NCBI GenBank assembly: GCA_965226885.1
Contig: CBDDEL010000014.1
Coordinates: forward strand, 352,001-416,000
DNA: 64,000 bases
Direction: 5' to 3'
Source: Opitutales bacterium
GTDB lineage: Bacteria > Verrucomicrobiota > Verrucomicrobiia > Opitutales > UBA2987
In this document: positions 12,554 through 24,924 of the stretch, in pieces
How positions within the stretch are numbered: position 1 is the first letter of the stretch
Layout: each line of letters starts with the position of its first letter
The notes under the pieces: generated by a model
What the model saw: only the letters and a program-made list of their open reading frames with translations
What the model was told of the DNA's origin: nothing
The model's database searches: none
Translations under genes and position numbers: made by a program

Positions 12554-13396
12554 ATGGAAAAAACTGATAATATCTCAAACAAGCCCGGGTTGCTCCACCG
12601 GTTGAGCGAATCCATCAAAAACCTGGGAAGCTATTACAGGAGTATTGACGCCGTTTATAGAAGCGAGCCGGCTTCGGAAAAAGAAAAAGAATTCGATTCC
12701 TTGCTGGAGGGTTATCCTCGCAACCACAATTATCGCATCCGGGGTAAAAAACTGATACCCAGTTACCGTCTCTTTTGCCGCGAGCGGCTTGTTGAGGACC
12801 TGTTTTTGGACGACATGGAGTCGTTTCTCGATATCGGGTGCTGCCGTGGCTATTATATATTCAAGGCGTCGGAAAAGCAGTCTTGCCGGTTGGCACTGGG
12901 CATCGATGTGTTTGAGCCTTTTATATCCATTTCCCGGCAGGTAAAGGGTTTTTTGGCCAGGGAAAACACCGATTTCAAAATGGCGGCGCTCAATGAAGTG
13001 GGCGGAAATCCGCAAAGCTACGGTGGCCCTTTCCAAACGGTTATGACGATTGGAACCTATCATTACCTTTTTTGGGGTAGCAGTCGCTGCGACAAGGCTT
13101 TTTTTGACCACCGGCGAATCCTCACCCTCCTGGCAGGATTGTGCGCGGAACGCCTGATTTTTTCTGGGCGTCTTGACTTGAAGCGACTGCCCTCAGAAAT
13201 CGCTGCCAAAGCCCGAGCGCATAAAAATGCGGATACCTACAATACGGTGGAATTCCTAAAAGTCGCAGCTGATTTTTTCAAAATCCGCGAAATCGGGTAT
13301 TTAGGCACCTACCCGCTTTACCTGATGATGAAAAAAAAAACCAGACTCTCACGGACTCGCAAAAACTGGGGTAGTGTTAACATTTTAAATGTTTAA
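12554..13396 (+). CDS. Class I SAM-dependent methyltransferase; last codons supplied by the IS1-type relic
   Basis: FLDIGCCRG motif I and GIDV motif II; frame runs into the IS end at 13370. Confidence 0.7.
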   Translation: MEKTDNISNKPGLLHRLSESIKNLGSYYRSIDAVYRSEPASEKEKEFDSLLEGYPRNHNYRIRGKKLIPSYRLFCRERLVEDLFLDDMESFLDIGCCRGYYIFKASEKQSCRLALGIDVFEPFISISRQVKGFLARENTDFKMAALNEVGGNPQSYGGPFQTVMTIGTYHYLFWGSSRCDKAFFDHRRILTLLAGLCAERLIFSGRLDLKRLPSEIAAKARAHKNADTYNTVEFLKVAADFFKIREIGYLGTYPLYLMMKKKTRLSRTRKNWGSVNILNV

Positions 13397-13812
13397 GCTG
13401 TACTTTTTAGCGTGATTATGCTGTAAACTGGACGAGGTGTGGTCATTCTGGGACCATAAGCACTCGGGACAGGTATGGCTATGGGTTGCCTTGTGCCGAC
13501 GTACCCGACAGGTCGTCGGCTTTGCCCTGGGTGATCGTAGCGATCAAACGTGCCGGCAGTTATATCACAACATCGCCCAGTCGTATCGCAACTGTGCCAC
13601 CATAAGCGATTTACGGGAAAGCTACGATAAGGTTTTCCCTCACAACAGCGCCAGCGGGAAACAATCCGGCAAAACCGCCCATATCGAACGCTGGAACAAT
13701 ACCTTGCGAAAGTCTCTGTCACGCTATGTGCGTAAAACGCTGTCATTCTCCAAGTCATTGGTTATGCATTTTCGCGTCCTGTGCTTGTTCTTTTCGTCAT
13801 GCTAAAACTACC
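13370..13812 (+). mobile_element. Internally deleted, degenerate IS1-family type B element (insA lost)
   Basis: Same ends as 47199-50660 (GGTAGTGTTAAC...ACTACC); remnant insB motif HIERWNNTLR. Confidence 0.85.
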
Positions 13813-13947
13813 CGCGAATTTCCTGAGCCAAATATTAGGCTGGCGTATTGGCGATCAATCCGCTTTATCGTTGTTTTACAAGTGCTTTGTCAAACACGAC
13901 GACAAACCGCACAAAATAAAGGATAATACTCAAATAACTCTAATAAC

Positions 13948-14037
13948 GGAGAGGTGGCAGAGTGGCCGAATGTGCCTGACTCGAAATCAGGTGTACCGGC
14001 AACGGTACCGGGGGTTCGAATCCCTCCCTCTCCGCCA
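13948..14037 (+). tRNA. tRNA-Ser(CGA)
   Basis: GGAGAGG acceptor stem, anticodon arm CCTGA-CTCGAAA-TCAGG, long variable arm, GGTTCGAATCC, encoded CCA. Confidence 0.96.
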
Positions 14038-14234
14038 TTTGGTATCTTATTGTATATTAGTTGAATAGAAATCTAATGTTATCTTGCATTCCTGAAAATG
14101 GTATGGAATAAGAATACATCCGACAAAATACGCCTATATCTGGATAATTCAGGATTATTTTTCAGCCGCAAAAGATTCTCGCTTCCTAGGGTTTGATGGG
14201 GTATCCGATTGGTGGCCCTTTCTGCCGTAGGTGA

Positions 14235-14306
14235 GTCCATTGCTTCATGTCTCGATACACTCCTCTTTTCTCGGATAAGCTTACCGGTTTTACCCCGGCG
14301 GTCACA
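14235..14306 (-). mobile_element. Degenerate IS21 left-end relic
   Basis: Similar to 6684-6782 (istA start plus TIR) with substitutions and a deletion. Confidence 0.7.
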
Positions 14307-14330
14307 TCACGAGGAATAAAGAAGAAGAAC

Positions 14331-16404
14331 CTATCTGGGACATTCTTTCCAATCCCAGATACCTATCAGTCCCAACAAGGCAATGTTGGGCAAAAGGAGA
14401 GGCACGAAGATAGGGGCATTGTAGACGATTTTATCAAAAAAATGAGGTTCGGTTGAGGCTAGAATCGATTGAAAATGGAGAACAAATCCTAAAACCCCAA
14501 CAAGGATTTGAATAACCAGGACAACTACACTCGAATTCAAGAGCGGTTGATCAGTCGGGGATACGATCAGGGTAAAAAGAAAACCCACCGCAACTGCGGA
14601 TGAAAAGACCGGTATCCATTCGGAGGTGGAAAAAAATCCGTTCTGGGCGTGATCGCACAGGGCCAACACAATGAAATGGACGGGGAAAACTGGACAGTGG
14701 AATAAGGTGGTCTTGAACCACTAAATCCGCTAACCTATGAATGTTATTAAATCACGAAAGAGAAGACAATACAGTGCTGAGTTTAAAGCCCGAGTGGCCC
14801 TGGAAGCCATCAGGGGCGCTCATACCATCAACGAGATCGCCGGTCGTTTTGAGGTGCATCCCAACCAGGTGACCCAATGGAAGAAGCAGCTTTTGCAGGG
14901 AGCAACGGAGCTGTTTTCGCGCCAGCGGCAGACTCTCAGCAAGGACAACGAGACGGAAAAAGATCACCTTTACCAGGAGATTGGAAAGCTGAAAGTAGAA
15001 TGCGATTGGCTAAAAAAAAAGTCTGAACAATTCGGTTGGTGAGAGGCGCAAGATGGTGCAACCACTTCAAGGAAAAATCAGTATCGGCAGGCAATGTCAG
15101 TTGCTGGGGCTGGCCCGCGGCAGCTATTACTATCGGGCCCGTGCCCAGTGCGAGCAGAACGTTCTCTACATGCATCGCATGGATGAGCTCTACACCCAAT
15201 ATCCGTTTTTTGGTTCTCGCCGGATGACCCAGTGGCTGCGTCGAGAGGGCCATGCAGTGGGACGAGGCCGCATCCAGCGGCTCATGCGCCAAATGGGCCT
15301 GGAGGCTATTTATCCGCGTCGAAACTTGAGCCAGGGGCACCGGCAGCACCGCATTTTCCCTTATCTGCTGCGGGGTTTGGCGGTCGAGCGGCCCGACCAG
15401 GTATGGTGCAGCGACATCACTTACCTGCGGCTGAGCCGAGGATTCCTTTTCTTGACCGTGGTGTTGGACTGGTTCAGCCGCTACGTGTTGAGCTGGCAGC
15501 TTTCCAACACCCTGGAGAGCCGCTTCTGTGTGCTCGCCCTGGAGGAAGCTCTGAGGCGGGCCCAACCTCAAATCTTCAACACCGATCAAGGCAGCCAGTT
15601 TACCGGCAGCGAGTTCACCTCGGTGCTGGGGCAAGCCGGGGTGCGCATCAGCATGGACGGGCGTGGCCGCTACCTGGACAACATATTTGTTGAACGCTTT
15701 TGGAGAACCCTCAAGTATGAAGACATTTACCTGCGCGAATACGCCACGGCAAAGGAAGCCAGCGAAGGGATAGCCCGCTACCTGGACTTCTACAACCACC
15801 TGCGCCCCCACCAAGCCCTGGGCTACCGGACCCCGGCCGAAGTCCATGCAATCGGAGCAAAACCAACCTCCCCGCCAATACAGCTTGCGGGCACCTGCGT
15901 GCCCGTCTTTGGCTAAGGACAAAATATATTTTTAAAAAATAATATGAACACGATTTCCACCTTAATCCCACGTCAAAATTGTCCAAACAACCCCGTCCAC
16001 TTCACAAAATTTCCGACGAATCCCCCAAAGGCCATAAAAATGACCCACCGTCTCCATTCATCCGTGTTCGGAGCAACCATTCGGTTCAAGAGGAGAAGAA
16101 AACCAATGCCAGAATAAGAAAGAGGCGCAGCAAAGGGTGCCGTATAAACCAAACTTTTAATGGTCAATTCTTCAAAAAACTGGCTTTTTAAGTGATATAT
16201 TAAACCGACGATACCAATGGCGACGGAGACTCCCCCGACGACCATTCCACCATAATAGAATGCCTTGGTTTTTCCTGACCTTGTATCGATTAACAGTACC
16301 CAAATCAACACGATGGGCGAACAACAGGAAAAGATAAAAGGGATCCATTCTGCCCAGTGAGCGAACCTGTTAATTGAGTGAGCGATGAAGATATCAATGG
16401 CTAG
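14331..16404 (-). pseudogene. Multi-pass membrane protein of unknown function, split by IS3 type B and 5'-truncated by IS1380
   Basis: FGGFVGNF joins VLALCDHAQNGF after removing the IS and one CAA; internally repeated H..N.F...EWIP and Y.AP...PL motifs. Confidence 0.75.
14672..16004 (+). mobile_element. IS3-family element type B (orfA 14737-15042, orfB to 15916)
   Basis: TGAAATGGACGGGG/CCCCGTCCACTTCA TIRs, TSD CAA, A9 frameshift site, WCSDITY/NTDQGSQF/DNIFVERF. Confidence 0.95.
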
Positions 16405-17971
16405 CCCGGATATTTCATGAAGGGTAAAGTTTGGCTCGTTATTGCTATTGGAGATGGATCTCTTTGTATTTTGAGCAGATCGTCTTGATTTTTAGGTGTT
16501 TTTCAGGGTGTAGAGACACTGCCCCCTTTCCCCCATTGGTTCGGTAGTGCCGGGGGCAGCACCAATGCACCCTTTAGGTTGGCACCAATCGGCGGGCCGC
16601 ATGGTTGAAAAGACTGGCCCAAGGATAACTCTCACTTAGGTGAAAGTGAATCGTTCGGGTGTTGCGCACGATGACCGCTCCGATCTTGATTAATTTGAGC
16701 CGCAGGGTGTGGCATTGGGCCCGCGCCCACTTCGTCCCTTTTAAGGCTAACCGGCGCATGGCTTCCATCAAGGTGTAGGCCAGCGCCGACAAGAGCAATC
16801 GCCACTGATTGGCCCACCATTGATGGGCGCTGGTGCGCTCGCTGAACAATTGCATCTGTTCCTTGATTCGGTTCTCCATTTCACCGCGGCCACAGTATAC
16901 CTTGTCGTAAAGCTCCTGGGGATCGCCCGGCAGGTTCGTCACCACGAAGCGCGGGTTGGACCCCTGTGCGGTGTGTTCGGCTTTATGGATGACCAACCGC
17001 AGCCATCGCCACGAATCGGCAGCATAGACGAAGTCCTGGAATAACCGTTGTTTTTTACCCCTTAGTTCGAACCATTCTTTGGCCTGCTTTTGCAACTGCT
17101 GGGCGTCTTGCTGCAAGCGTGCATTGCGAGCCATCCCCACGATGTAACTAACTTCGTTGCGGTCGCACCAAGAGAGTATCCGGTCTCGACAAAATCCACT
17201 GTCGGCGCGCCAAATAATCCGCGTACGGGGCCAGCTTTGGCGAATCCGTTTAACCAGCAATTTGAGGATGGCCCCGGCATGCTTGCTGGCATCGATCTTG
17301 CTCGGCCGCAGGTAGGCCACCAGCAGCTGATCACCGCAAAAAACATATAGCGGCAGAAAACAGTAATGATCATAATAACCGTGGAAAAAACGTCCCTCCT
17401 GGAGCCCGTGCACCGGATTGTCGGTGGCGTCAAAGTCCAGGATGATCTCTTCGGGTTCCTCGGCAAAGGAGCCCATGAACTGTTCGACCAACAGCTCGTT
17501 TACCGCAAAGGCCGCCCGCCGATCCTGCCCGTTTTCAAAACGACACAAAGTCGGCGCGCTGGCCAACGTTTCAATGCGCCCCGTTACCGTTTGCAACAAT
17601 GGATCGTGGCGCAGGGTATCAAAGTCGTTCAAATCCTCATAGCCCGCCACCAGCCCGTAAACGCGCTGCCGCAGCATCCCCAATACCTCATGGCGTACTT
17701 TGCCCTTCTGCCGTTTGTCCACTAACTGTCGGGCCGCTCGTTCGGTCAAGCCCAACTGCCGATCCACTTCCCGGATCAAAAGCAGTCCGGCATCCGAAGT
17801 AACCTCTCCGCCCTTGAAATCAACCCGCACACGGCGGCCTTTTACCCTTGTCAACTGTAGCTTTAATTGTTTACCTTTTGTCATCGCTGATATTGCTTTA
17901 ATTATTGATCTATCCTGCTGTATATCAGCAGTTAAGCATATCAACGATACTTTTTTTACGAAATATCCGGG
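16405..17971 (-). mobile_element. IS1380-family element (transposase 16574-17944)
   Basis: CCCGGATATTTC TIRs; intact ORF; flanks CTAG/CTAA do not match. Confidence 0.95.
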
Positions 17972-18182
17972 CTAAAAGCCTCACTAAAAATAATCTTCTA
18001 TCTGACCGAGGATACTTATTTGAAAAATCCAAATATATCTTCCTCGACCCACTCCAAACTGCACTGGCATTCATTGCTATTCTTTCTTTTAAAAGAGGAT
18101 GAACATTAACCAGAGCCTCGCAAACATTGGGGACTTTCTTTAAATTATATTTTTCTAACAAAGAAAAATAAAAGTAAGCATC

Positions 18183-20666
18183 TGTAAACGCCGGGGAAAA
18201 ACCGGTACGGTAAAGAGGGCGCTTTAAAACCGGTACGCTTATCCTAGAAAGGAGGAGTGTATCGAGATATGAAGCAATGGACAAGAGTGCGGCACAAAGT
18301 GCTGCGGGACAAGCAGAGCAAGCGCTCTGTAATGCGAGAAGAGGGACTGCACTGGGAGACCCTGGGAAAGATGCTGGCCTATTCCCAGCCGCCGGGATAC
18401 CGGCGCAAGAAGAGGCGAGAGCGCAAGATCGATCCGTATGTGGGCTGGATCGAGGAGGTGCTCAAAGCGGACCGGAACGTGCCCAAGAAGCAGCGCCATA
18501 CGGCCAAACGGATCTACCAGCGTTTGGGTCGGGAGAAGGGCTACCAAGGGGGCTACACGGCGGTCAAGGAGGTGGTGGCCGAGCTGCGAGCGAGGCGGCG
18601 GGAAGTGTTCGTGCCGCTGGAGCACCGCCCCGGGGAGGGACAGGTGGACTTCGGTCATGCCCTGGTGAAGGAGGCGGGGCAATTGCGTAGGCGGCCATTT
18701 TTTGCCATGAGCCTGCCCTACAGCGATGCCTTTTTCGTGCAGGTGTTCGAACGGGAGTGCACGGAGAGCTTCTGGGAGGGGCACCTGCGAGCTTTTGAGT
18801 TTTTCGGGGCGGTGCCCCGGCGCATCAGCTATGACAACTCGAAGGTGGCGGTGGGTAAGATTATCGGTTCGCGTGAACGCAAGCTGACCGACGGGTTTCT
18901 GCAGCTACAGAGCCATTACCTGTTCGAGGAACACTTCTGTCTGCCCGCCCGGCCCAACGAGAAGGGCGTGGTCGAGGGGATCGTGCGTTATGCCCGGGCC
19001 AACTTCCTGGTACCGGTACCGCAGGTTCGGGACCTGGAGGAACTCAACGCAAAGCTGTTGGAGGCATGTGAGCGGGACATGGAGCGTAAATTACGCGGGA
19101 AAAGGGCGGTGAAAAAGGAACTGCTGGCCGAGGAGCGCGCCGTCATGCTGGCGTTGCCGCCCATACCCTTTGAAGCGAGCCGCAAACGCTCGACCTGCGT
19201 CAGCAGCCTCTCGCTGGTGCGCTGCGCCCACCATCCGGTGGTGGTGGAAGGGTCCTGTCGGCAGGTGGTGATCTTCTGTGGGGGCCAAGAGGTGGCCCGG
19301 CACCGCCGCATTTGGGATAAAGAGCAAGTCTCTTTCGAGCCGGTGCACTACCTGGCTTTGCTGGAGAAAAAACCGGGCGCTTTGGACTTCGCCCGCCCAC
19401 TCTCGGGCTGGCAGTTGCCGCAGTGCCTGCAGGTCCTCAGACGCCGGCTCGAAAGCCAATGCGGGGGCGAAGGCACCCGGGAGTATATCCGGGTGCTGCG
19501 GCTGTTGGAGAAACACCCCATGGCGGCCTTGCAGCAGGCCGTCGTCTCGGCCCTGCGGGTGGGGGGACTGACTCGTGAGGCCATCGCCCAGTATCTCTAT
19601 CCTCAGGAAGACTACGGGAGCAGAACCTTCCGGCTGGACGGCCATCCACACCTGCGTCACGTCCGTGTGGCCGCCCCTGACCTCGGTGCCTACAGCGAAC
19701 TGCTCAAGATTCCAGGAGGGGCTTTATGAAGGAAGAAAAAAACCAGCTGCTGTTACACCATCACCTCAAGAAACTGAAGTTGCCCACCATCCTGCGCGAA
19801 TGGCCGGCGGTGGCCGCGGCTTGTTCCCGGGACCGGCTCGATTACGCCGCCTTTTTGTTGCATCTGGTCGAACGGGAGCTCATTGAACGCGAACAGCGGG
19901 CCGCCCAGCGGCGGATCAAAAACGCCCGTTTCCCCGTGCTCAAGACCCTCGAGAGCTTCGCCTTTGAAGCGCAGCCCTCGCTCAACGAAGCGCTCATCCG
20001 AGAGCTCATGCGCGGGGAGTATGTCGACCAGCGCGAAAACGTGCTGCTCCTCGGTAACGCCGGTACCGGTAAAACGCACCTGGCCACCGCCCTGGGCTTT
20101 GCCGCCTGTGCCCAGGGCCGGCGGATCCGTTTCTTCGGGGTCACCGCCCTGGTTACCCATATGCTCGAGCAACGCGACAACCACGACCTGCAGCGCTTCA
20201 TGAAGCAACTCGAAAGGCTCGACCTACTCATCCTCGACGAACTCGGTTACGTCCCTTTTTCCAAGACCGGGTCCGAACTGCTCTTCGACGTGGTCAGCCG
20301 CGCTTACGAGCGCACCAGTCTCATCGTCACCACCAACCTGCCCTTTGAGAACTGGATCGAAGTGCTCGGTTCCGAACGGCTCACCGGAGCTCTGCTGGAC
20401 CGACTCACCCATCGGGTGCATATCCTCGAAGCCAACGGGCAAAGCTACCGCTTGCGCGATGCTCGACGCCGTCGCCGTGGCACAAAACAATAAACGCCTT
20501 GGGCCCGGCTCGTCGGCCTCCGGCCTCCTCACCGACCCCAAGCCAATCCCCAAAACCAACTCCCAAACCCTAAACCTTGACGTACCTGCAATTACTAACC
20601 TAAACCTTATTCCAAGCGTACCGGTTTTACCCCGACCCCCGTACCGGTTTCATCCCGGCGTTTACA
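18183..20666 (+). mobile_element. istA/istB: IS21-family element copy 2 (istA 18257-19729 with 33-bp in-frame deletion; istB 19726-20493)
   Basis: TIRs present, no TSD; istA lacks FECNDYSVPVR. Confidence 0.95.
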
Positions 20667-21422
20667 GATGGCGCAAACCGGCCTTCTCGCGGATCAGCCG
20701 GATCGCTTTGAGCAACGTGCCGGCTACATCCTTGAGTAATACCCAGTCCGTCGGCCAATGAATGTTAGCCTCCAAACAGGTGCCGTCGATCAGGCAAATG
20801 GTGGTGTCAATCGGCTTGTCCAATCCCACCTGCCGGGCCAGAAGGGCATCGCCCACCACCTCAGTCAAGGTCCGGTGCAAGGCCCTCAACTGCTCTTCGC
20901 TGAAAAACTTCGAGGCCCGCTCCAGGGTGCTTTTGGAGATGCCCCTGATGCCATCGATCTGCCGGACACGGCAAAAGTCGGCCAACAGATCGCTGCTGCC
21001 CAGAGCCCGCGACAAATGCCGAAACGAAATCCCTCCGAGCAGACGGCCCAGCGTATCCATGCGCAGTGCCTTGATGGCAAAACTGGCCCGCTGCCGCCGG
21101 GCCTTTAGACCCATTGGCGGCCACCCCTCCAAGGCCAGCTCAATGGCCTGCGATTCCACCTCCGAGTCGATCAGCAGCCGATCGATTCGATCAATGGTGG
21201 CGCGGAAGTTATCGTAATCGAGGCACCGGTCGACCACAGTTAAAGCTGGACGCAGGAGGCATTGGATGGCTATATTTTTCATAGAAAGGGCTATATTGAT
21301 TTTCGCTAACTCAATTATAGAACCCTTTTTTGGCCGGATCGAGCAAAAACTTGCTCTTTCCGTCTCTTTTTATCAACGTCATCCAGTTGACTATAAAATC
21401 TTTATATTTTTGGGACAGCCTC
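20667..21422 (-). mobile_element. Truncated IS5-like element (5' part), cut by IS21
   Basis: Near-identical to 53849-54604; end TTTTGGGACAGCCTC. Confidence 0.88.
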
Positions 21423-21939
21423 TAGGTAAAATTGGGAAAGGTGCTAACAAAGATAAGCTGCCGATGATAACTAATTCCACTAATTCAACCAATGGTGGTT
21501 ACGGTGTTATTTTGGCCGATAAAACGAAAATTCAGCATATCCATGTTCTCGGGACAGAATCATCAGGGATATATGGGGAAGATGTGGATAAGGTGACTGT
21601 GCAAAACAATGAACTTTCCGGATTTAACACTGCCGTCCATATTTTTCCCCGCTTCGGGGGAGTGTTCAATTTCCGAACCTATTTTGGAGGCATTCAAATC
21701 CGGGGCTTGAACCGGATCGACAAGATGAAGGTGACCATAAAATATAATTATATTCATGATGCGGACACAACGGGCATTGCAATTTATACAGAAAATGACA
21801 CAGAGTTAGAGGCTGACGTGAAGGGAAATAGCATCTTTCGCGTTGGCAAGCTTCCTTTCAATCCTGATCCATTCCCACCAGATAGACCAGATCTCTTATT
21901 ACCTTCGTTTATAACCAATAATGGTCTTGCAATCGTTTC
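21423..21939 (+). pseudogene. Internal fragment of a probable right-handed beta-helix (pectin lyase-like) protein
   Basis: Repeating GI..., VTVQNNEL, VTIKYNYIHD, VKGNSI patterns; bounded by an IS on both sides. Confidence 0.55.
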
Positions 21940-22741
21940 GGTAGTGTATTAAGTAGGAATGGTGGCTAATTCTTGATTATATTGATGAATGAAAAGTCTC
22001 AGACAGGTTTCATGCATACTCTTAAGCTTGGAAAAGGAGAGGGTTTTGCGTGTGAAACGACCCAGTCGTTGGCGCAGGGTATTGTTCCATCGTTCCACAT
22101 GGGCCGTTTCACCGGTTTCTTTTCCCACGGATCGGTTATGAGGAAAGACTTCATCATAAGTGCTCCAAAAGTCGCTGTAGGTGGCACATCTTTTGTAGGC
22201 CCGTGGCAGACGCTCGTAAAGTTCCCGGCAACGATACCAATCCCGAGGCCCAATGGCATAGGAGAGGATTTGACGGGTGCGTCGGCAAAGAGCGATCCAA
22301 ACCCATTGGGCATCGCTCTTGCGCCCCACAAAAGACCACAGTTCGTCCAGTTCAATGACATCATGGCGGCGGGCCGCAAGAATCGTGCTTTTGAGCGGTC
22401 GCAGCGATTGTCGTTTTTTTTAACCAACTCAAAACGGTGTTGGGACTCACCCCGAAGGCGCGCTGTAAACCGCGTAGACTGCTGCGTTCCTGATAGACTC
22501 GAAGGATCATTTCTTTTTGCTCTTCGGTGTATTTCACTGTGGGGTTTTCGCGGCTTTGTTTACCACAATCATGGCAGCGGTAGCGCTGTTTATGGTTGGG
22601 CGTCTTGCCAAATTTAATGATATTTTCACTTCCACAGTGCCGACAATTAATAATTTTAGTAACCATGCACTAAGAATAAACTGCCTAACGCTATTTGTAC
22701 AGCTAAAAATACAAAAGAACATTCTTTTTTTATACACTACC
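21940..22741 (-). mobile_element. IS1-family element type A (insA 22361-22666, insB to 21949)
   Basis: GGTAGTGTA TIRs, zinc-ribbon CxxC...CxxC insA, A8 frameshift site, HVERWNNTLRQR; no TSD. Confidence 0.93.
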
Positions 22742-23346
22742 GGATTCCGCAACGTCGACACCGATTAGTCCTCCTCGCATCGCGTTTGGGGTCGATACAG
22801 ATTATGACGCCCGAAGAATTCGGGGCACCACATTGCTCGGTCAGGGAAGCCATCTCGAATCTTCCACCAATCCAGGCAGGGGAGGTTCACCAAGATGATT
22901 CCTTGCATCAAAGTAGCTCTTTGTCACCAATGAATCTACGCAGAATTCGTTCATCTAAACCCGGTGGAACGTGGCGGGATTGGCGAGCCAATCTCGTGGC
23001 CGACTGCCACCGAAAATCGACTGGCAAAACCTATCCAAGCGTATATGGCCGAATGTCCTAGGATGAAACCTCACCGACCATAACCACGCAGTTTTTCGGA
23101 TTCGGTAATGGACGATTCGGACATCCAGAACAGGATCGGGCAATTTCGCTCAGAGAAGGCGCGATTCTGCAAAGTTTTCCTCACAACTACGCCTTTGTTC
23201 CGAAAGACCAGTCACCTATTAGAAAAACTGTTGGCAGACTCATCGGGAATGCTGTCCCAGTGAAATTAGGTGAAGTTATCGGCAAAAGTATTCTCCACCA
23301 TATTGCCGAGCTAGGATCAAAAGCGCGTCGTATACCTGAATCGTAA
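22742..23346 (+). pseudogene. DNA (cytosine-5)-methyltransferase, C-terminal fragment with an internal stop
   Basis: IPQRRHR (motif VIII), RAISLREGAILQSFP (IX), IGNAVPV (X); TAG at 23059-23061; 5' part missing at the IS1 junction. Confidence 0.88.
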
Positions 23347-23352
23347 AAAAAA

Positions 23353-23430
23353 TGGCGTCCCGTAGGGGATTTGAACGCCTGTTGCAGGGATGAAAACCCT
23401 GAGTCCTGGGCCGGGCTGGACGAACGGGAC
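23353..23430 (-). tRNA. tRNA-Glu(TTC), degenerate copy (possible pseudo-tRNA)
   Basis: Two substitutions versus 24653-24730, one breaking a T-stem pair (AGGCG/CCCCT). Confidence 0.75.
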
Positions 23431-23557
23431 AGCCGGAAATTGGTGCTCTCCGAAACCAGGTCTTTGCTTTCGGCTAGTGGTTGATTTTTCTTGCAGTATT
23501 CATGCCGGTAAATATGAGCATGACAGGAAAGCATCTACTAGCTTATACTACATCGAA

Positions 23558-24535
23558 ATGAATACCCTGATTGACTTAAGCATCATCGTGGAATGGGAAA
23601 ACGTTCTGCTCTCCGAGGATGAGCGCTGTTTCCATATGTTGCGCAAATTGAGCAAGCAACTGGGCGAGATCAATCGTAGGGCCGAAGTAATCGTGCTCTT
23701 CAACCCCGATCAAATTGATCGTGCCAGCATTGAAACAGTATTGCAAAAACACTTCGTACTGGGAGACTCCAACGATTCCGTAGACCTACGGCTGGAAGAG
23801 GCGCTGGGCAGGCATTATTTCGAACTGAAGAATGAGGGCGCCGCTCGCGCCCGGGGACAAATCGTGATTTTCATCGATACCGACGCCGTGCCTGAAGACA
23901 ATTGGCTAAAAGAGATTTCACAACATTTCTTTGACTATTCTGAAATTTGCGTTGTCGCTGGACACACTTACCTTTCTCACGAATCCCTATTCGAAAAAGC
24001 CTTTGCCTTGGGGTGGTTTTTCCCATTGCGCAATCCAAAGAACGCAATCCAATCGAATAGTAAGGGTTTCTTCGCCAACAACCTCGCGTTCCGACGCGAT
24101 TTTTTCCTGAAATATCAATTTCTGGATTTGCCGGAAGGACTTTGCCGCGGAGCCTGTATCCAACTGGCACACACACTGGTCTCATCCGGTATTTCCATCT
24201 GGACCAACACCGCTGCCCGTGCCCAACACCCGCCTCCTTCAGATTTACGGCATTATGTGCTCCGAGCCTTCGGCGAAGGCCGGAACAATGTACTTCTTCA
24301 GACTAGAGCAGGCCGGAATCTTTTCCTATCGCTCGGCAGGAGTTACCTATGGTTTGTGACACGGGTCGTATCAGCAGGACGCCGCATGAAAAACGAGCGC
24401 CAACGCGTTGATCTGGCGTTCTGGCAAACTCCGGCTGCTTTCAGCATTATGGTATTTTATTATTGCCTCGCTTGTTGTGGCAGTAGCGCGACTGTGCTGT
24501 TTCCCCGTTACGCGAGGAAGCATTGGCAGTTTTGA
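23558..24535 (+). CDS. Glycosyltransferase family 2-like protein
   Basis: KNEGAARARGQIVIFIDTDAVP (DxD motif), ANNLAFRR, hydrophobic C-terminus. Confidence 0.82.
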   Translation: MNTLIDLSIIVEWENVLLSEDERCFHMLRKLSKQLGEINRRAEVIVLFNPDQIDRASIETVLQKHFVLGDSNDSVDLRLEEALGRHYFELKNEGAARARGQIVIFIDTDAVPEDNWLKEISQHFFDYSEICVVAGHTYLSHESLFEKAFALGWFFPLRNPKNAIQSNSKGFFANNLAFRRDFFLKYQFLDLPEGLCRGACIQLAHTLVSSGISIWTNTAARAQHPPPSDLRHYVLRAFGEGRNNVLLQTRAGRNLFLSLGRSYLWFVTRVVSAGRRMKNERQRVDLAFWQTPAAFSIMVFYYCLACCGSSATVLFPRYARKHWQF

Positions 24536-24652
24536 TAAGTGAGGCGATTGGGATTCGCCCAAAGCAGAAAGAATCCAGTTTTCCTTCTACTTGATCGATC
24601 CACGGGGAGGGCACCGCTTTGGATCAAAAAAAATACCAATCGTACAAAAAAA

Positions 24653-24730
24653 TGGCGTCCCGTAGGGGATTTGAACCCCTGTTGCAGGGATGAAAACCCT
24701 GAGTCCTGGGCCGGGCTAGACGAACGGGAC
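24653..24730 (-). tRNA. tRNA-Glu(TTC)
   Basis: GTCCCGT acceptor stem, anticodon arm CAGGG-TTTTCAT-CCCTG, GGTTCAAATCC, CCA. Confidence 0.95.
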
Positions 24731-24924
24731 AGCCGGAAATTGGAGCACCCGAAACTAGGTCCTTGCCCCACCTGCGCAAGTCTTTTTTTATATTTTTCCC
24801 TCAAGGCCTCAATGAATGCCCGGCCGGTTTCCAAGACCCGTCATAAAACACGATTTTTATACAGTCTGTTCGCTTGACATGGCCGGGAGAACTGTGTTTC
24901 TTGGCAACCTTTTCTTCACCAACC

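Noticed and set aside
14936..15922. 328-aa antisense ORF in IS3-B and similar antisense ORFs in other ISs
   Set aside because: Opposite-strand shadows of transposases; their recurrence only reflects IS copy number
20530..20610. Telomere-like CCCTAAACC tracts
   Set aside because: Part of the IS21 right-end region; short, imperfect and carried by the IS copies
21266..21422. Predicted start of the 228-aa ORF
   Set aside because: Lies inside the IS5-like end; only the part after 21422 is host gene
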